Shown here: positions 41,780 to 60,876 of the stretch, piece after piece
Layout: every line of letters begins with the position of its first letter
Position numbering within the stretch: the stretch's first letter is position 1
Source of the DNA: Emiliania huxleyi CCMP1516
Lineage: Eukaryota
Assembly (NCBI RefSeq): GCF_000372725.1
Contig: NW_005201381.1
Location: forward strand, 369,953 to 430,828
Reading direction: 5' to 3'
DNA: 60,876 nucleotides
Program-made: the position numbers and the translations under genes
Notes under the pieces: model-generated
The model's database searches: none
What the model saw: only the letters and a program-made list of their open reading frames with translations
What the model was told of the DNA's origin: nothing

Positions 41780-43148
41780 ATGTCCACCGGCTGCTGCAAC
41801 GAGGAGCAGCAGTACTTCCTGGTCACCATATTTGCGTACTCTGGCGCCGTCCTCCTGCTCTGGCGCGCCCTCGTCTTCAAGCCGTTCAAGCTCTTTGCGG
41901 TTGCTCTGCACGAGTTTTGCCACGCGGCGGCGGCCGCCGCGCTCTGCAATCGCGTGACCGGCATCGAGGTCTCCTGGGACGAGGGCGGGCTCGCCTCGTA
42001 CAAGATCCCGACGAACCGGGTGCGGTGCGTACGTGCTTTCGTTCTGCCCGCCGGCTACGTCGGGTCGACGTGCTCGGGCTGCGTGCTTGTCATTGCCAGC
42101 GCCTTCACGGTGGGGTCGCAGGTGTGCGGCATCCTGCTGGCCGCCGCGTGCGCCATCATCGCCGTGTACGCCGCCTTTGGCCGTGCTGCCTCGACAAAGG
42201 AGCGCGTCCTTCTCTTTGGCGTGAGTGCGGCCTTTGGAGTTACCTCGGCCGGGCTCACCGCCATCTCCTTTGTGGGCGAGGGGGGCGGAGAAGGGAGCGG
42301 GGGCGGGGGCAAGGGCGGCGGCGGAGGAGGCGAGACCGACTTTGATGCGGCGACCTGGCCACTCGAGCTGTTCCTGCTGCTGGTCGGGACGGTCAACATG
42401 ATCTACTGCACGTATGACATATACGATGACACCGTCCGGCGCAAGGTGGCGAGATTACCCGAGATGCACTGAGATTGACCGAGATGGCCCGAGATTGACC
42501 GAGATGGCCCGAGAGTATCCGATCCCGCCGCCCAGCATATCTCTGCGAGTGTACCCATCCCGAGATGAACCCGAGATGTGGGCACCAGGTCGAGCGCTCG
42601 GACGCGTATCAGTTCGCCGAGCTCTACCGCTCGCTCGGCTTCCAGCCGCGGTGCGTCGGCTTTGTCTGGTTCTGCGTCGCCCTGGCCGCCTGCGTCGCCG
42701 CCGTCGCAGGCCACACGATCTGCGTGGGCGAGGGCGGCGGCGGCAAGGGCTCGAACGGGCCGCCTTGTATCGGATGCCTTCCGTGGTGGCGGCTCGCGCC
42801 CCCCAGATGCGGAATATCTCCCCATATCTCCCCATATCTCCCCGCATCTCCCCGCAGCAACAGGCCTCTAGAAGCGAACGATCTCCCCATATCTCCCCGC
42901 ATCTCCCCGCATTTCCCCACATCTGCTCAAATCGCCCCAGCGCTCTTTAGATGCGAACACATGTTCACCTACTGGTGTATTCAAACCACAGGCTCGCGCC
43001 GGCGCTGGCGCTGCTGCTCTGCGCGCTGATCCTGCGCGGCCTCGACGCGTACGGCGTCAGGGTCGGGAGCTGCTGCGAGGCGGCGCATCGCCAGCCATCG
43101 AGGCCGGTCGGCGGCGCCAAGCGGGCGCCGGTTGCCCCGGCGTCGTAG
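41780..43148 (+). CDS. Peptidase M50B-like membrane metalloprotease
   Basis: LHEFCH (HExxH), EGGL, LPAGYVGS, YDIYDD..SDA. Introns 42446-42588 (GT-AG) and 42792-42991 (GC-AG). Confidence 0.85.
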
Positions 43149-44153
43149 GTCGGCCACGAGCCTCCTGCAGGCAGAGTCCTGTCGCACAGCTTTGCGGGCG
43201 TGCTGGTGCGAGGGGAATCGGTGCGCGGAGTAACGCCCGCGCGGTGGGTGCCCTGTGGCCTCTCCTTCGCTCCCTCCGCTGCACGTGCGTCAGAGAGTGC
43301 ATCAGCCCTGTGAGTGGATCTCACCTGTGCATAAGTCGAGTACGTAAGTCGAGTACGGCCCTCGCGGCTTCCAAAGGATCTTTATGCATCTTACCGCCAT
43401 CCCGGCCTATCAGGTCTGTGCGGCGCGTGCCGCGTCCTCTCCCATACGGTATCATGTTCATGTGAGAGCCGCATAATTGTACACTGTCATGGGAGAGGGG
43501 GTGAGTCGGTAATATTGAGTAATAACATACGATGTGAAGATATGAGTACAATAAAGTACGCGTCGACCTTCAAGCAACATTTAAAACGGCGCACGTGAAG
43601 ACACAACTCCACCAGTACTTACACATCACACACACTGGTTCGATCGAGTCCCCCTCCGCGTCTCATGTCTGGTGGTGAGCGTCGCTCCCCCGTCTCCGTA
43701 TTTTGTCGTGTCATCAAATAGCCCGCGCCGAAGGCCAGCACAGCCGTCAACTGCTCCCTGATACCCTGAAGGACGAGAAACTCGCGCCCGCCAAGAGGTC
43801 CTCACGACGCCACAAGAGGCCTCACGCCAAGAGGTCCTCACGCCGAGAGGTCCTCAGTCACGCCGAGAGGTCCTCAGTCACGCCGAGATGTCCTCAAAGA
43901 TCCGCGGATGATCCGCCATAAATGGCTGCGCGCTGGCTGCGCGCCCCTAGAGCTCGACCCTAGACACCGCGGCTTGCGCGTGCTGCGACGAGTCGTCAGA
44001 TGACGACCGCCCCCCCCCCCCCCCANNNNNNNNNNNNNNNNNNNNNNNNNNNNNNNNNNNNNNNNNNNNNNNNNNNNNNNNNNNNNNNNNNNNNNNNNNN
44101 NNNNNNNNNNNNNNNNNNNNNNNNNCACACACACACACACACACACGCTCATC

Positions 44154-44274
<121 letters not shown>

Positions 44275-45241
44275 ACACACGGGGTGCAGCGATGTGTTTC
44301 CTTTCCTGTGTTAGTGCCAGTGCGCGCCAGTCCCCCGGCCTCGTGTCCGAGCGAGAGACCGAGACCCCCGAGAGAGACAGCGGCTCAAATTCTTTTGCTT
44401 ACACCCGTGTCGTAGCTTGCTCGCCTGTTCACAGACAGGTTGATAAGAAACAAGAAGCTCACATCGCACAGACAGTGAGGGTGTGAGAGGCGGACCTAAG
44501 GAAGGTCCTACACCTCTTTACGACCCCTGACCGAGCTCCCGCTCGACAGAGTTTGGTACGATTTCTAGCAATGCTCTCCTTCACATAAACGCACCGCGTG
44601 CAAGCCCCACCCGGCAGGCGGATGGGCGTGGGGGCGCGTCGCCCTGCTTGCTCTAGGTGAAACGACGCTAAAGGACGAAGAAGACCCGAATCCGCACGGC
44701 GGGCGGAGAACACAGGCACTAGACCAGGGAGGACTGGGAGAGTGTGAATGGAGGGACACGTGTGTTCAGACGCGCACAACCCCGGGCCCGAAATCGCACA
44801 GAGACAGTCACGCAACACGAAGGCGACCAAAAACCCGTTCACACTTACAAGGCACGCGTGTGGTCAGGCTCGTCGCCTCGGAGGCTGCAGAAAGAAAGAA
44901 AACAGACAAAAAACGAGGGATGGGAGGAGGACAAGGTCCCCACCTGCACGAGCAGGATCTTGGAAGGACGATCAGGGACACAGGGGAACGGGAGCGGGGA
45001 GCGCATCGCGACACGGAGGGGGGCTGGGCAGGGTTCACCCACCCACACCACAGGGTCCCAGGGATTCCTCTCTCGTATTCTATAGGACGGGTTGCACCCG
45101 GCGGCACGGGGGCAGGCGCGGGCCTCCTACTGGGTGCGCTCNNNNNNNNNNNNNNNNNNNNNNNNNNNNNNNNNNNNNNNNNNNNNNNNNNNNNNNNNNN
45201 NNNNNNNNNNNNNNNNNNNNNNNNNNNNNNNNNNNNNNNNN

Positions 45242-45900
45242 GGGGGGCGGGGGCCCCCGCCCCGAGGGGCGGGGGCGGGTCCTTCCGTGTCGCTCCCCTC
45301 GTCGGGAGTGTCCGTCGGGATGGTGTTGTCCGCCCACTCGGCAGCGTTTGAGCCTCTGTCACCTTGCCTGCCGCGAGCAGCTAGCTCGTCGACGTAGTCG
45401 TTCCATTTGTTGCCGCTGTGACCCGCCACATGCCTCCACGTCACGGTGTGTTTGGCGCGAAGGCGTCGCCAGAGGGAACGAAGGCGCTCCGCTAGCTGTC
45501 TGTTCGTTTTGGGGGTCACCCTCCCCATCATGCACGCCGCCGCGTACTCGCTGTCGGTCCGCACTACTCCGCGTGAGCCCGCTCGTTGCGGTGACGAGGA
45601 CAGGAGAGCCCGGAGGAGCTCGGCTAGGGCGGTTAGTTCCGCCGTGTTGTTGGTATGCCTGCGCGCGCCGAGGTAGGCTGGGTGCGCCGCCGAAGTGACA
45701 ACTGGCCCGTAGCCCTCGCTCGCCAACGACGCGCCCCTATCGCCGATTGCGTCGCCCCCGATGAGTACTGTATAGGCCCACCCTGCTTTCCCTAGGTCTT
45801 CCGACCCGTCTGTGTATGCCACCCAGTCGGGCGGGCGTCGTTGCGCCTGCTCTGCCAGTTGCTGCTGTGGGCGAAGAACGACCCCTGGTGCCTCGACCAT
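45242..45900 (-). CDS. RNase HI-like domain, probably retroelement-derived; runs into an assembly gap
   Basis: YTDGS, TNNTAEL, RTDSEY, HVAGHSG and WNDYVDELA give the full D-E-D-H-D catalytic set. Confidence 0.8.
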
Positions 45901-46313
45901 TAGTCTCAGCTTGACCCGGCATGCCCCCCCTTCACCCTGAGGCGCTACACAGAGGAGTGCGACTGTGCTCACCGCGCAGCCGTTTGCCGCCACCCCTCGG
46001 ACAGATTCGAGCGTCTCGGGGAGCTCGCACTCACCTTCGCTGGTGGCGGCTGCTGCGGTCGTAGGTCCTCAACTCTCAGGTCTCAGCTCGAGGACCTCTG
46101 CTGTGAGAACCTCACTCTCTCGCTGTATGGCACACGACCTCGATCGCCAAAGTCGCGTCACTGCACCGGTCCGCTATCCTCTCCCTCTGTCTCCCTTTCT
46201 TCGTCTCCACTCACACCACCATCTTACTCCCTGTCTATCTTGCTGTCTGGCGCGTCTTCCCGGACAGTAGGCGTTTAAATGCAACAGCCAGATGGTAAGC
46301 CAGATGAGGGAGG

Positions 46314-48395
46314 ATGTTGTGGCTAGACGCTAGTTCCACATTTCACAGACGTGCTGCTGGTTCCAACCAAACGTGGTGGTGTTCGTGGCGACGTCGTGAC
46401 ACGGGCGCGCGGCGCAGAATGCGTGTGGTGGTGACTTTGCGTCGCCGGCATCGTTCGGTCCGCCCGCGGCGCCGCGTGTGCGACGTTCACAGCGCGTCGG
46501 TGGGAACAGCGTTCCGACACATGGCCTCCATGGTCGAGTACGAGGCCGACCGCCTCTACGGCGCGCGACGGGCCTTCGGCGCATCATCGCGTGCCGAAGG
46601 CTTCCTGTTCGGCGTACGGCCCGACGTGTGGCCTCTCGACGCCCCGATACTTCCGCTGGTGCTGCCCGACCTTCCCAATCTTGGCCCGCCGCCCAATCTC
46701 CGGAGCTCGCGACCGCAGGCACAAAATCAGACGATTTTCTACGGGACGCAGCCGCTCAAGACGTACAACCCTTCGCTCGCCGCGGCGCCGCGCGGCCTGT
46801 GCCCACGCTGCGCCTTTGTCCTCGCGCTGCGCGTCGACGGCCTCCACCAGTGCTCGTCGTCGACGACGCCGTACAGGAGCGAGCAAACCTTGGCGGAGAC
46901 CGACTGGTTCCAGGGCACGGCGATCGCCGTGCTGGACGCGAGTCTGGCGATCTTGGGTTGGACCTGGCTCGTCAACTCGCCGCCCTATCAGATCGCCACG
47001 AAAGGGGCCAACCCGGCCGCCGTGCGCGCGGCACGATGCATGCAGCACGGCGCCTCGGACCATTCCTTCCTGCCCTCGTGGGCCAAGCAGACCTTTGACG
47101 CACGGATCTTCAACGTCGCCGGCGGGCTGGTGGTGACGTACGCGTGCCCGGCGTGCCTCTTCTCCCTCTCGCCGCTCCGCCTCAGCGCGCAGCCCACCGC
47201 CGACGGCGGCGTCTCTCAGCTGCGCGCCTGGGCACCCCACCGCATCACCTACCCGAGCGTGAAATGGACCAACGGGCGCAACCAGGTGCTCTTCACGTAC
47301 CGCCCACCGCCGCGGCCGTCGGCGGCGCGCAACGTCAGCAGCGGTGCTGCCGGCGCGGCCGAGGAGCGCGACGTGCGCGAGCGTCTGATGATCCAGCCGC
47401 GCCTGGGTGTGATTGGCAGCCTGGGCCGGCCGCGCTTTGCCGTGCATGGGCGGCGTGTGTGCCGCACGCACGTGCCGCGCAACCCCACGCGGCCCTTCCC
47501 GCCGGTGCCGAGCGCGGCCAACTGCCACGGCGACTTTGGCCGCGACCCGGACTGCGGCACGTTCCCGGACGGCTCCACGATCGACGTCGTCCGCTTCGAG
47601 GGCGTGTGGGAGAAGCGGGCGAAGCTGCGGAACGACTCGCGCGCGCACGTGGAGGCGTCGCTGCGCGCGAGCGGGCTCTATGGGGGGCTCTCGCTCACGA
47701 GCAACCTCGTCAAGGTGCGCTGGCGCGAGGCGGGCGCCGACGGCGGCGGCGGCGGCGCGAGTGGTGGCGGCGCGGGCGGCGGCGGCTGGTTTGGCGGCGG
47801 CTTGCTTCGCAGCGGCGGTGCGGGCAGGGGCGCCGCGGCGGCCAACGGCACGGGCGCCGGGTGCGAGGTGTTGCTCGGCGTCGGGCACTTGCACCGCGGC
47901 GAGGGCACGCGCAACCGCATCCTCCACCGGCGCCGGGCCAACGGCCCCTCACCGTGGGAGCAGACGCAGTCGCGCGTGCGCCGGCGGCAGCCCTTTGCCT
48001 TTGGCTACCGTTACACGCACTTTTGGTACGTGCTCTCGGCGCGGTATCCCTTTGAGGTGCTCGGCGCGAGCGGCGAGTTCTGCCTCGCGAGCGCGCAGGA
48101 CGCGGCCGACTGCGAGAGCATCCAGTTCGTTTCGGCGCTCGCCCACGCGACCCCCGAGGCCATGGCCGCGCACATGCCGCGCCAGGCCGCCGGCGCACGC
48201 GCGCTCCGACCGGTTCGCAAACGTGGCGTGTGGAACCTCGGCTCACAAAGCACGCCGCCGCCGCAGTCGAGCCGCGCGACGCTGATGCTGGCCTACGGTG
48301 TGAACGACTGCGAGGCGCGCGTCGGCTTTGTCGAGCTTGCGCGCGTCCTTCGCGCCGTGCGCCCGCTGGTGCCCGGCGGCCGGATCTGCGCGTGA
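46314..48395 (+). CDS. Hypothetical protein (true start probably ~46420-46530); possibly a glycan-active beta-propeller
   Basis: Long intronless ORF with motifs YNPS, GVGH, YTHFWY, SIQFVS and LAYGVNDC. The fold call is a guess from motif recall. Confidence 0.55.
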   Translation: MLWLDASSTFHRRAAGSNQTWWCSWRRRDTGARRRMRVVVTLRRRHRSVRPRRRVCDVHSASVGTAFRHMASMVEYEADRLYGARRAFGASSRAEGFLFGVRPDVWPLDAPILPLVLPDLPNLGPPPNLRSSRPQAQNQTIFYGTQPLKTYNPSLAAAPRGLCPRCAFVLALRVDGLHQCSSSTTPYRSEQTLAETDWFQGTAIAVLDASLAILGWTWLVNSPPYQIATKGANPAAVRAARCMQHGASDHSFLPSWAKQTFDARIFNVAGGLVVTYACPACLFSLSPLRLSAQPTADGGVSQLRAWAPHRITYPSVKWTNGRNQVLFTYRPPPRPSAARNVSSGAAGAAEERDVRERLMIQPRLGVIGSLGRPRFAVHGRRVCRTHVPRNPTRPFPPVPSAANCHGDFGRDPDCGTFPDGSTIDVVRFEGVWEKRAKLRNDSRAHVEASLRASGLYGGLSLTSNLVKVRWREAGADGGGGGASGGGAGGGGWFGGGLLRSGGAGRGAAAANGTGAGCEVLLGVGHLHRGEGTRNRILHRRRANGPSPWEQTQSRVRRRQPFAFGYRYTHFWYVLSARYPFEVLGASGEFCLASAQDAADCESIQFVSALAHATPEAMAAHMPRQAAGARALRPVRKRGVWNLGSQSTPPPQSSRATLMLAYGVNDCEARVGFVELARVLRAVRPLVPGGRICA

Positions 48396-48878
48396 GATCG
48401 CGGTGAGACCCTCGGGCGCCGCGGGTATGGACGCGCGTGGGAGCGCACGGCGTCTTGTAGGCGTTAGGACTCTCTCAGATGACGATTGCGCCACGATCGT
48501 GGCAGTGGTCAGTCAGCCGAGCTCCGGCATCCACCTCCAAGTATCCTCCAAGTCCATGATTCTTGATTGTCCAGCTCCAATGTACTGGTTGTGACGGCGG
48601 AGTTGACGCCTCCGACGGTCGTAGCGGCGTGGCTGAGGGCGGCGGTGGAGGCGCCCGATAGCGCGGTGAGGATGGTCTCATGGGTCTAGCAAACCATAGA
48701 CGACACCAAGAGAACGCGAGGTAAAACCCGACGGCTATGGATGGTAAAAGGCGGCGGTAAAACCCATCCACACGGGTTTCGGTGGGTTGGATGGGAGGTA
48801 GAATGTCTACCTACCGCACCCCCCCCAATGTCGCTGGGCGGGATCGGCCCGCAGAGGCGGCATTGATCAGTTCCCCCC

Positions 48879-49505
48879 ATGCACCGCGCGAGCTCGCGCG
48901 TTGGAGGCGTGGTCGACGCTGCGCTTGAGCTTCTCCTTGGGGACCCATTTCGTCAAGGAATCGGCGGGCATGAGGTCGTCGGTGATCTTGACGACGCGGC
49001 ACTCGCCGTCGGCCATGCGGCGCTGCAGCGTGTGGTAGCGGCGCAGGAAGTGGCGCGAGCGCGAGGCGGATTTGAGCTGCGGGCGGCCTGCGAGGAGGTC
49101 GTGCGCAGGGTGGCCCCGCTAGACATCTGGCTCTACGATCACGTGCGCACGCTCTTTGCGCACCGCCTGGAGGCACTGGGCGCGGCATTCGCCGCGCGCG
49201 TCAGCGCATTTAGAGCGTCCTCGGTCGGCGTCTTCAGCGGCGGCCCACCGGCGAAACCCCGGTGCCGGTTTCGAAGGCGTGCCAACGCCACCCTGCCCGA
49301 TTTTGAGGGCCGAGGCGCAGCGGCGCCTGTGTGCCGCGCGCTCCAGCAGCCTCAGGGGGTTGGCGAGGCCGCCTGGCGCGACCGTGGCTTTGTAAAGGCG
49401 GCGGAGCTTGTGGTTGTGCCACCCTGCAGCGCGGCCGCGGCCCGCGCCGTCGGGTGCGGCGCGGGTCGGCGTCCTCACCGGCCTCCAGAGACGGCGCGAT
49501 ACTAG
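48879..49505 (+). CDS. Hypothetical ORF or gene fragment; weak resemblance to sulfotransferase C-termini
   Basis: APLDIWLYDHVRTLFAHRL resembles the LDxxLY..F motif. No N-terminal domain is visible. Confidence 0.3.
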   Translation: MHRASSRVGGVVDAALELLLGDPFRQGIGGHEVVGDLDDAALAVGHAALQRVVAAQEVARARGGFELRAACEEVVRRVAPLDIWLYDHVRTLFAHRLEALGAAFAARVSAFRASSVGVFSGGPPAKPRCRFRRRANATLPDFEGRGAAAPVCRALQQPQGVGEAAWRDRGFVKAAELVVVPPCSAAAARAVGCGAGRRPHRPPETARY

Positions 49506-49824
49506 GTTGGCTTTTTAGGCATTGTGTTTTGTGGGGTCTGTGTCAAGGCTCTTGTTCTACGTAGAAAGAGGTGAGCGCAAGTATAGTACACTCCACCACA
49601 GCGGCTTCTCTGGCGACAGTCGACATCGTGTTTTGGGCCCCCGCGCCCCTCCTCTCCACCTCGCGCCCGCGCCCCGCCGGGGCAGACAGCAGACCGCTCC
49701 GCGCCGCCGCCGGCGCGCCGCCGCCGAGCGCGCCTCCATGCACCGTGACCCGCGAGGCCTCCCCGCCGCGGCGACCACGGCGAGGGCGATCCGGCGCCGC
49801 GCAGCGCCGCGCGCGCGGTCGACT

Positions 49825-57779
<7,955 letters not shown>

Positions 57780-58778
57780 CGTTGAACCGCGGCCTCGCGG
57801 CGCCAGCGAGGAGGGCGAGGAGCGGGCGCGGGCGGCGAGGACCTGTTTAGGCGAAGAAAAGAAAAACTTTTCCGCCGTCCATAGAGAATCGGATAGATAG
57901 CAAAAACATAGGACGCCCAGCCTTGCCCTCGTGCCGCCGAGTGCATATCCTATGCGAGAGAGATCCCCTGTGCCCTGTGCCCAGCCCTCTCCGCACGGCG
58001 ATGCGCCCTCCCCCCTCGCTTTTGCAAAATCCTGCAAAGGTGGGGACGTGTCTGTCCTCGACCCAGCCCTAGCTTGGGATGTCCGTTGTATTTATTTATT
58101 TATTTAGAATCGGATAGAGAAAGCAAGGCGCGAGACACAATCCATCCTTAACTGACTAAACGAATTGAACATACGAAACGAGTGTGAGTTCGCCGAGAAC
58201 CAACAAACAAACAAGGCGTGGGACCCATCCTTCCTAAACTAACTCACTACCCTCTTAATCAGCCATTGAACATATAGTCAACATCACTTTGATGATGGCC
58301 ATGCACATAAACAACAGTAACACCCACAGCTGCAAATCCTCATGTCAATCACATATAGTGCATTGTGCGCACGGCGTCGCCGCGATCCATCCACGCGTAC
58401 TGACAGCCCTCGCTTGAGGAGGGTGCGTGGAAGCACAACTCAACACTTGCCGTCGCCAGGGAGGCAGAGGCCAGGGGCAGACATGCATGACGCCCGGCCC
58501 GCTGACCCTCGCCTCCACCTGAGGGCCGCCCCTTTCGCCGCCGTGAGGACCTCGCTCAGTCTGGCCGTGAGGACCTCTGGCCGTGAGGACCTGCTTGTGG
58601 TCGTGAGGACCTCTTGGCGGGTGCGAGTTTCTTTTCATCCATGGAGCAGTTGCCTGCTGGCCGTCGGCGAGTGGCGCGGCGGCGCGAGGGCCTGTCGAGG
58701 CGGAAGAAAAGCAAAAATCCGTGGATTGCGTTCAAACCATCATGTCAATACACCGATGCAATACAGAATATTGAATTG

Positions 58779-59277
58779 GAGCAGGCGCACATCGCTTCCA
58801 GGGAGGGGGGCGCGCTTCTACTCACACCACATGCTAGGGGGGGGGTCCGACCCCCCCAGCACCTTCACCACATGCTAGGGGGGGGGTCGTGGCCGAGGAC
58901 CCCCCCAGAGACTCGTGGTCAGACCCTCCGGGCCCTTGATTTTACGCCTCATTTCGCAGTATTTTCGAGAGGAAAATCATCCTTTGTTTGGAGCTACATG
59001 AGCCTTGAGACTGGTCAGATTATCCAAGATATTGGAGTTTCAGCCACGATTTCACAACTTTGGGGGCAAAATCGGCTCTCTGGCGGCTATTCCTAGCCCA
59101 CAAACTGCTGGGGGGTGCCCACCACATGCTAGGGGGGGGGTCCGACCCCCCCCATAGGCTTCGCCACATGCTAGGGGGGGGGTCCCAACCCCCCCAGAGG
59201 CTTCACCACATCCTAGGGGGGGGGTGGGGCGTGAGTAGAAGCGCGCCCCCCTCCCTGGAAGCGATGTGCGCCTGCTC
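58779..59277. mobile_element. MITE (Tourist/PIF-like) with perfect 47-bp TIRs and a 3-bp TSD TTG
   Basis: 58779-58825 GAGCAGGCGCACATCGCTTCCAGGGAGGGGGGCGCGCTTCTACTCAC is the exact reverse complement of 59231-59277. TTG at 58776-58778 and 59278-59280. Internal repeated CCACATGCTAGGGGGGGG motif. Confidence 0.9.
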
Positions 59278-59948
59278 TTGGTACACTCTTAAAATGATGC
59301 CCACATACTCTCAATCATCTGTCTCGCCTCAACACGAGACCTCTCCTGACTCGAGTGTGGAAGACTCAAGGCAGAAGTGAAGAACAACTCAACATTGGCC
59401 ATGCTGGAGGCACCAGCCAGAGGCACATAAGGGCAGCGAGGCCCTCACCTCCTCTTTGGGGGGGGCCGCCGTTTCGCCATCGTGAGGACCTCTGGCCATG
59501 AGGACCTCTGGCCGTTAAGCGGTGTACCTTGCACATCGCAGGCTGCGCGGCGTCGGACTACGTACACGAGATCAACACGCGCCGAACTGAACCCACTGGG
59601 GCCCCTCAATTCCTCCCTCACTGATGTGGCACCAGCCCTCGAGCCGTCGTGTGCTGAGGACCTCTCTGGCCGTTGAGGACCTCTGGCGAGGGAGAGGACC
59701 TCTGGCCGTGAGGACCTCTGCGAGAGGGCCATATAGCCGTTTACAGCCTTGTGCATCGTGCATCGCTGCGCGGCGAAGTCGGACACTTTGAGGGAGGGAG
59801 GCGCGGGCCAGGGGGGGGAGGGGGGGGCACGGCAGCCTATTTTATGAACTATGTTACGTGCGAGCTCTTTTCATCAAGAGGAGTTGTTGCGTATATATAG
59901 GATACAGTGTTATATAGGCAGCATAGAGGTGCAGCACCCAGCACGCCA

Positions 59949-60143
59949 ATCAATCAACCTGTCTCTTTGTGGCAATGCGTATGACCCCAAGCGGAGTCAC
60001 ACCACCCACTGTGATCAATCAACCTGTCTCTTTGTGGCAATGCGTATGACCCCAAGCGGAGTCACACCACCCACTGTGATCAATCAACCTGTCTCTTTGT
60101 GGCAATGCGTATGACCCCAAGCGGAGTCACACCACCCACTGTG
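59949..60143. repeat. 65-bp tandem repeat x3 (identical units)
   Basis: ATCAATCAACCTGTCTCTTTGTGGCAATGCG.. starts at 59949, 60014 and 60079. Confidence 0.93.
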
Positions 60144-60876
60144 ATTTTGTGTGACCTCTGCGTCTTGCTTTGCCAACAACATACACACCTAAAACCCCTC
60201 GGGTCACGGACCCTCCGGAGCAGAGCTAGCCTCCCGGAGTTAGCCGCGCCCCCCCCAAAGCGCATCTGGCGCGCGCACTTGGAGTCATCAGCCTCACATC
60301 CAGGGCCGGGGAGAGCGCGTACCGGAATTCTTTTTCATTACTCCTGTGGTGGGGGCGACGGCTTCTGAGGAAGCCGTCGCCTGCGCCTTGCCTGTCGCGC
60401 GAATCGTACTGCGGCACTTCCACGCGAATTTCTTTTTTCCCAACGGTTCTGAGGACCTCGCTCTGGCCGTGAGGACCTCTGGCCGTGAGGACCTCTTGCC
60501 GTGAGGACCTCTGGCGTGTGAGCCTTGTCGAGCCTTTCGAAGGCCTTGCATATCGTTCGGTGTTTATCGCAGGAGCCTGCGCGGTGAAGTAACCAGTTGC
60601 AGGCCGGGTGCGGGCTGGTGCAGGGGGGACCTGGCGAGCATATGCAGGCCGTGCAGCCCATTTTATGTGTGTGTTGAAGTTCTCTTATTACGGTGAAAGT
60701 GAATATTGGAGGCAGAGAGGTGCACGGTACGGAGGCAGAGAGGTGCACGGTACGCCCCCCGTGACATTATCATTTTTGTTTAAGCTTATCCTGTTTCTTG
60801 CATCGCTGATCGACGGTCAAAGAATTCTTAAAGGCCACGGCTCTCCCACTGACCTTCATCAAGAGTCTCTGTGACT

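Noticed and set aside
48440..48875. Lower-GC segment with small hairpins (e.g. AGGTAGA-ATG-TCTACCT) as an ncRNA or viral insert
   Set aside because: No recognisable RNA family, terminal repeats or TSD; not supportable from sequence alone.

Overview
GC-rich, intron-containing eukaryotic genomic DNA with four 100-N assembly gaps. It is most consistent with a haptophyte alga such as Emiliania (Gephyrocapsa) huxleyi; this is an inference from the dominance of GC-AG introns, 10-11-bp intronic tandem repeats and bipartite plastid-type presequences. Recognisable genes are spliceosomal DEAH helicase PRP22/DHX8 (-), DNA ligase IV (+), UTP11 (+), an M50B-like metallopeptidase, an ankyrin-repeat protein, two small plastid-targeted single-pass membrane proteins (one Psb34/Ssl1498-like) and several hypothetical proteins. 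Mobile DNA includes an apparently intact two-gene PIF/Harbinger (PHIS)-type transposon with TIRs, a MITE with perfect 47-bp TIRs, an RNase H fragment and many short nested insertions with target-site duplications. The most striking signal is intron architecture. By my manual gene model, about 17 of the 21 PRP22 introns I could place carry a 9-30-nt copy of the adjacent exon junction. Several share near-identical cores, and some are amplified into tandem arrays in which every unit ends AG and restarts GT or GC. The largest is 24 x ~72 bp and sits just before the helicase P-loop. This looks like an active intron-generating process with possible recursive splicing. All splice models are manual and unverified by transcripts.
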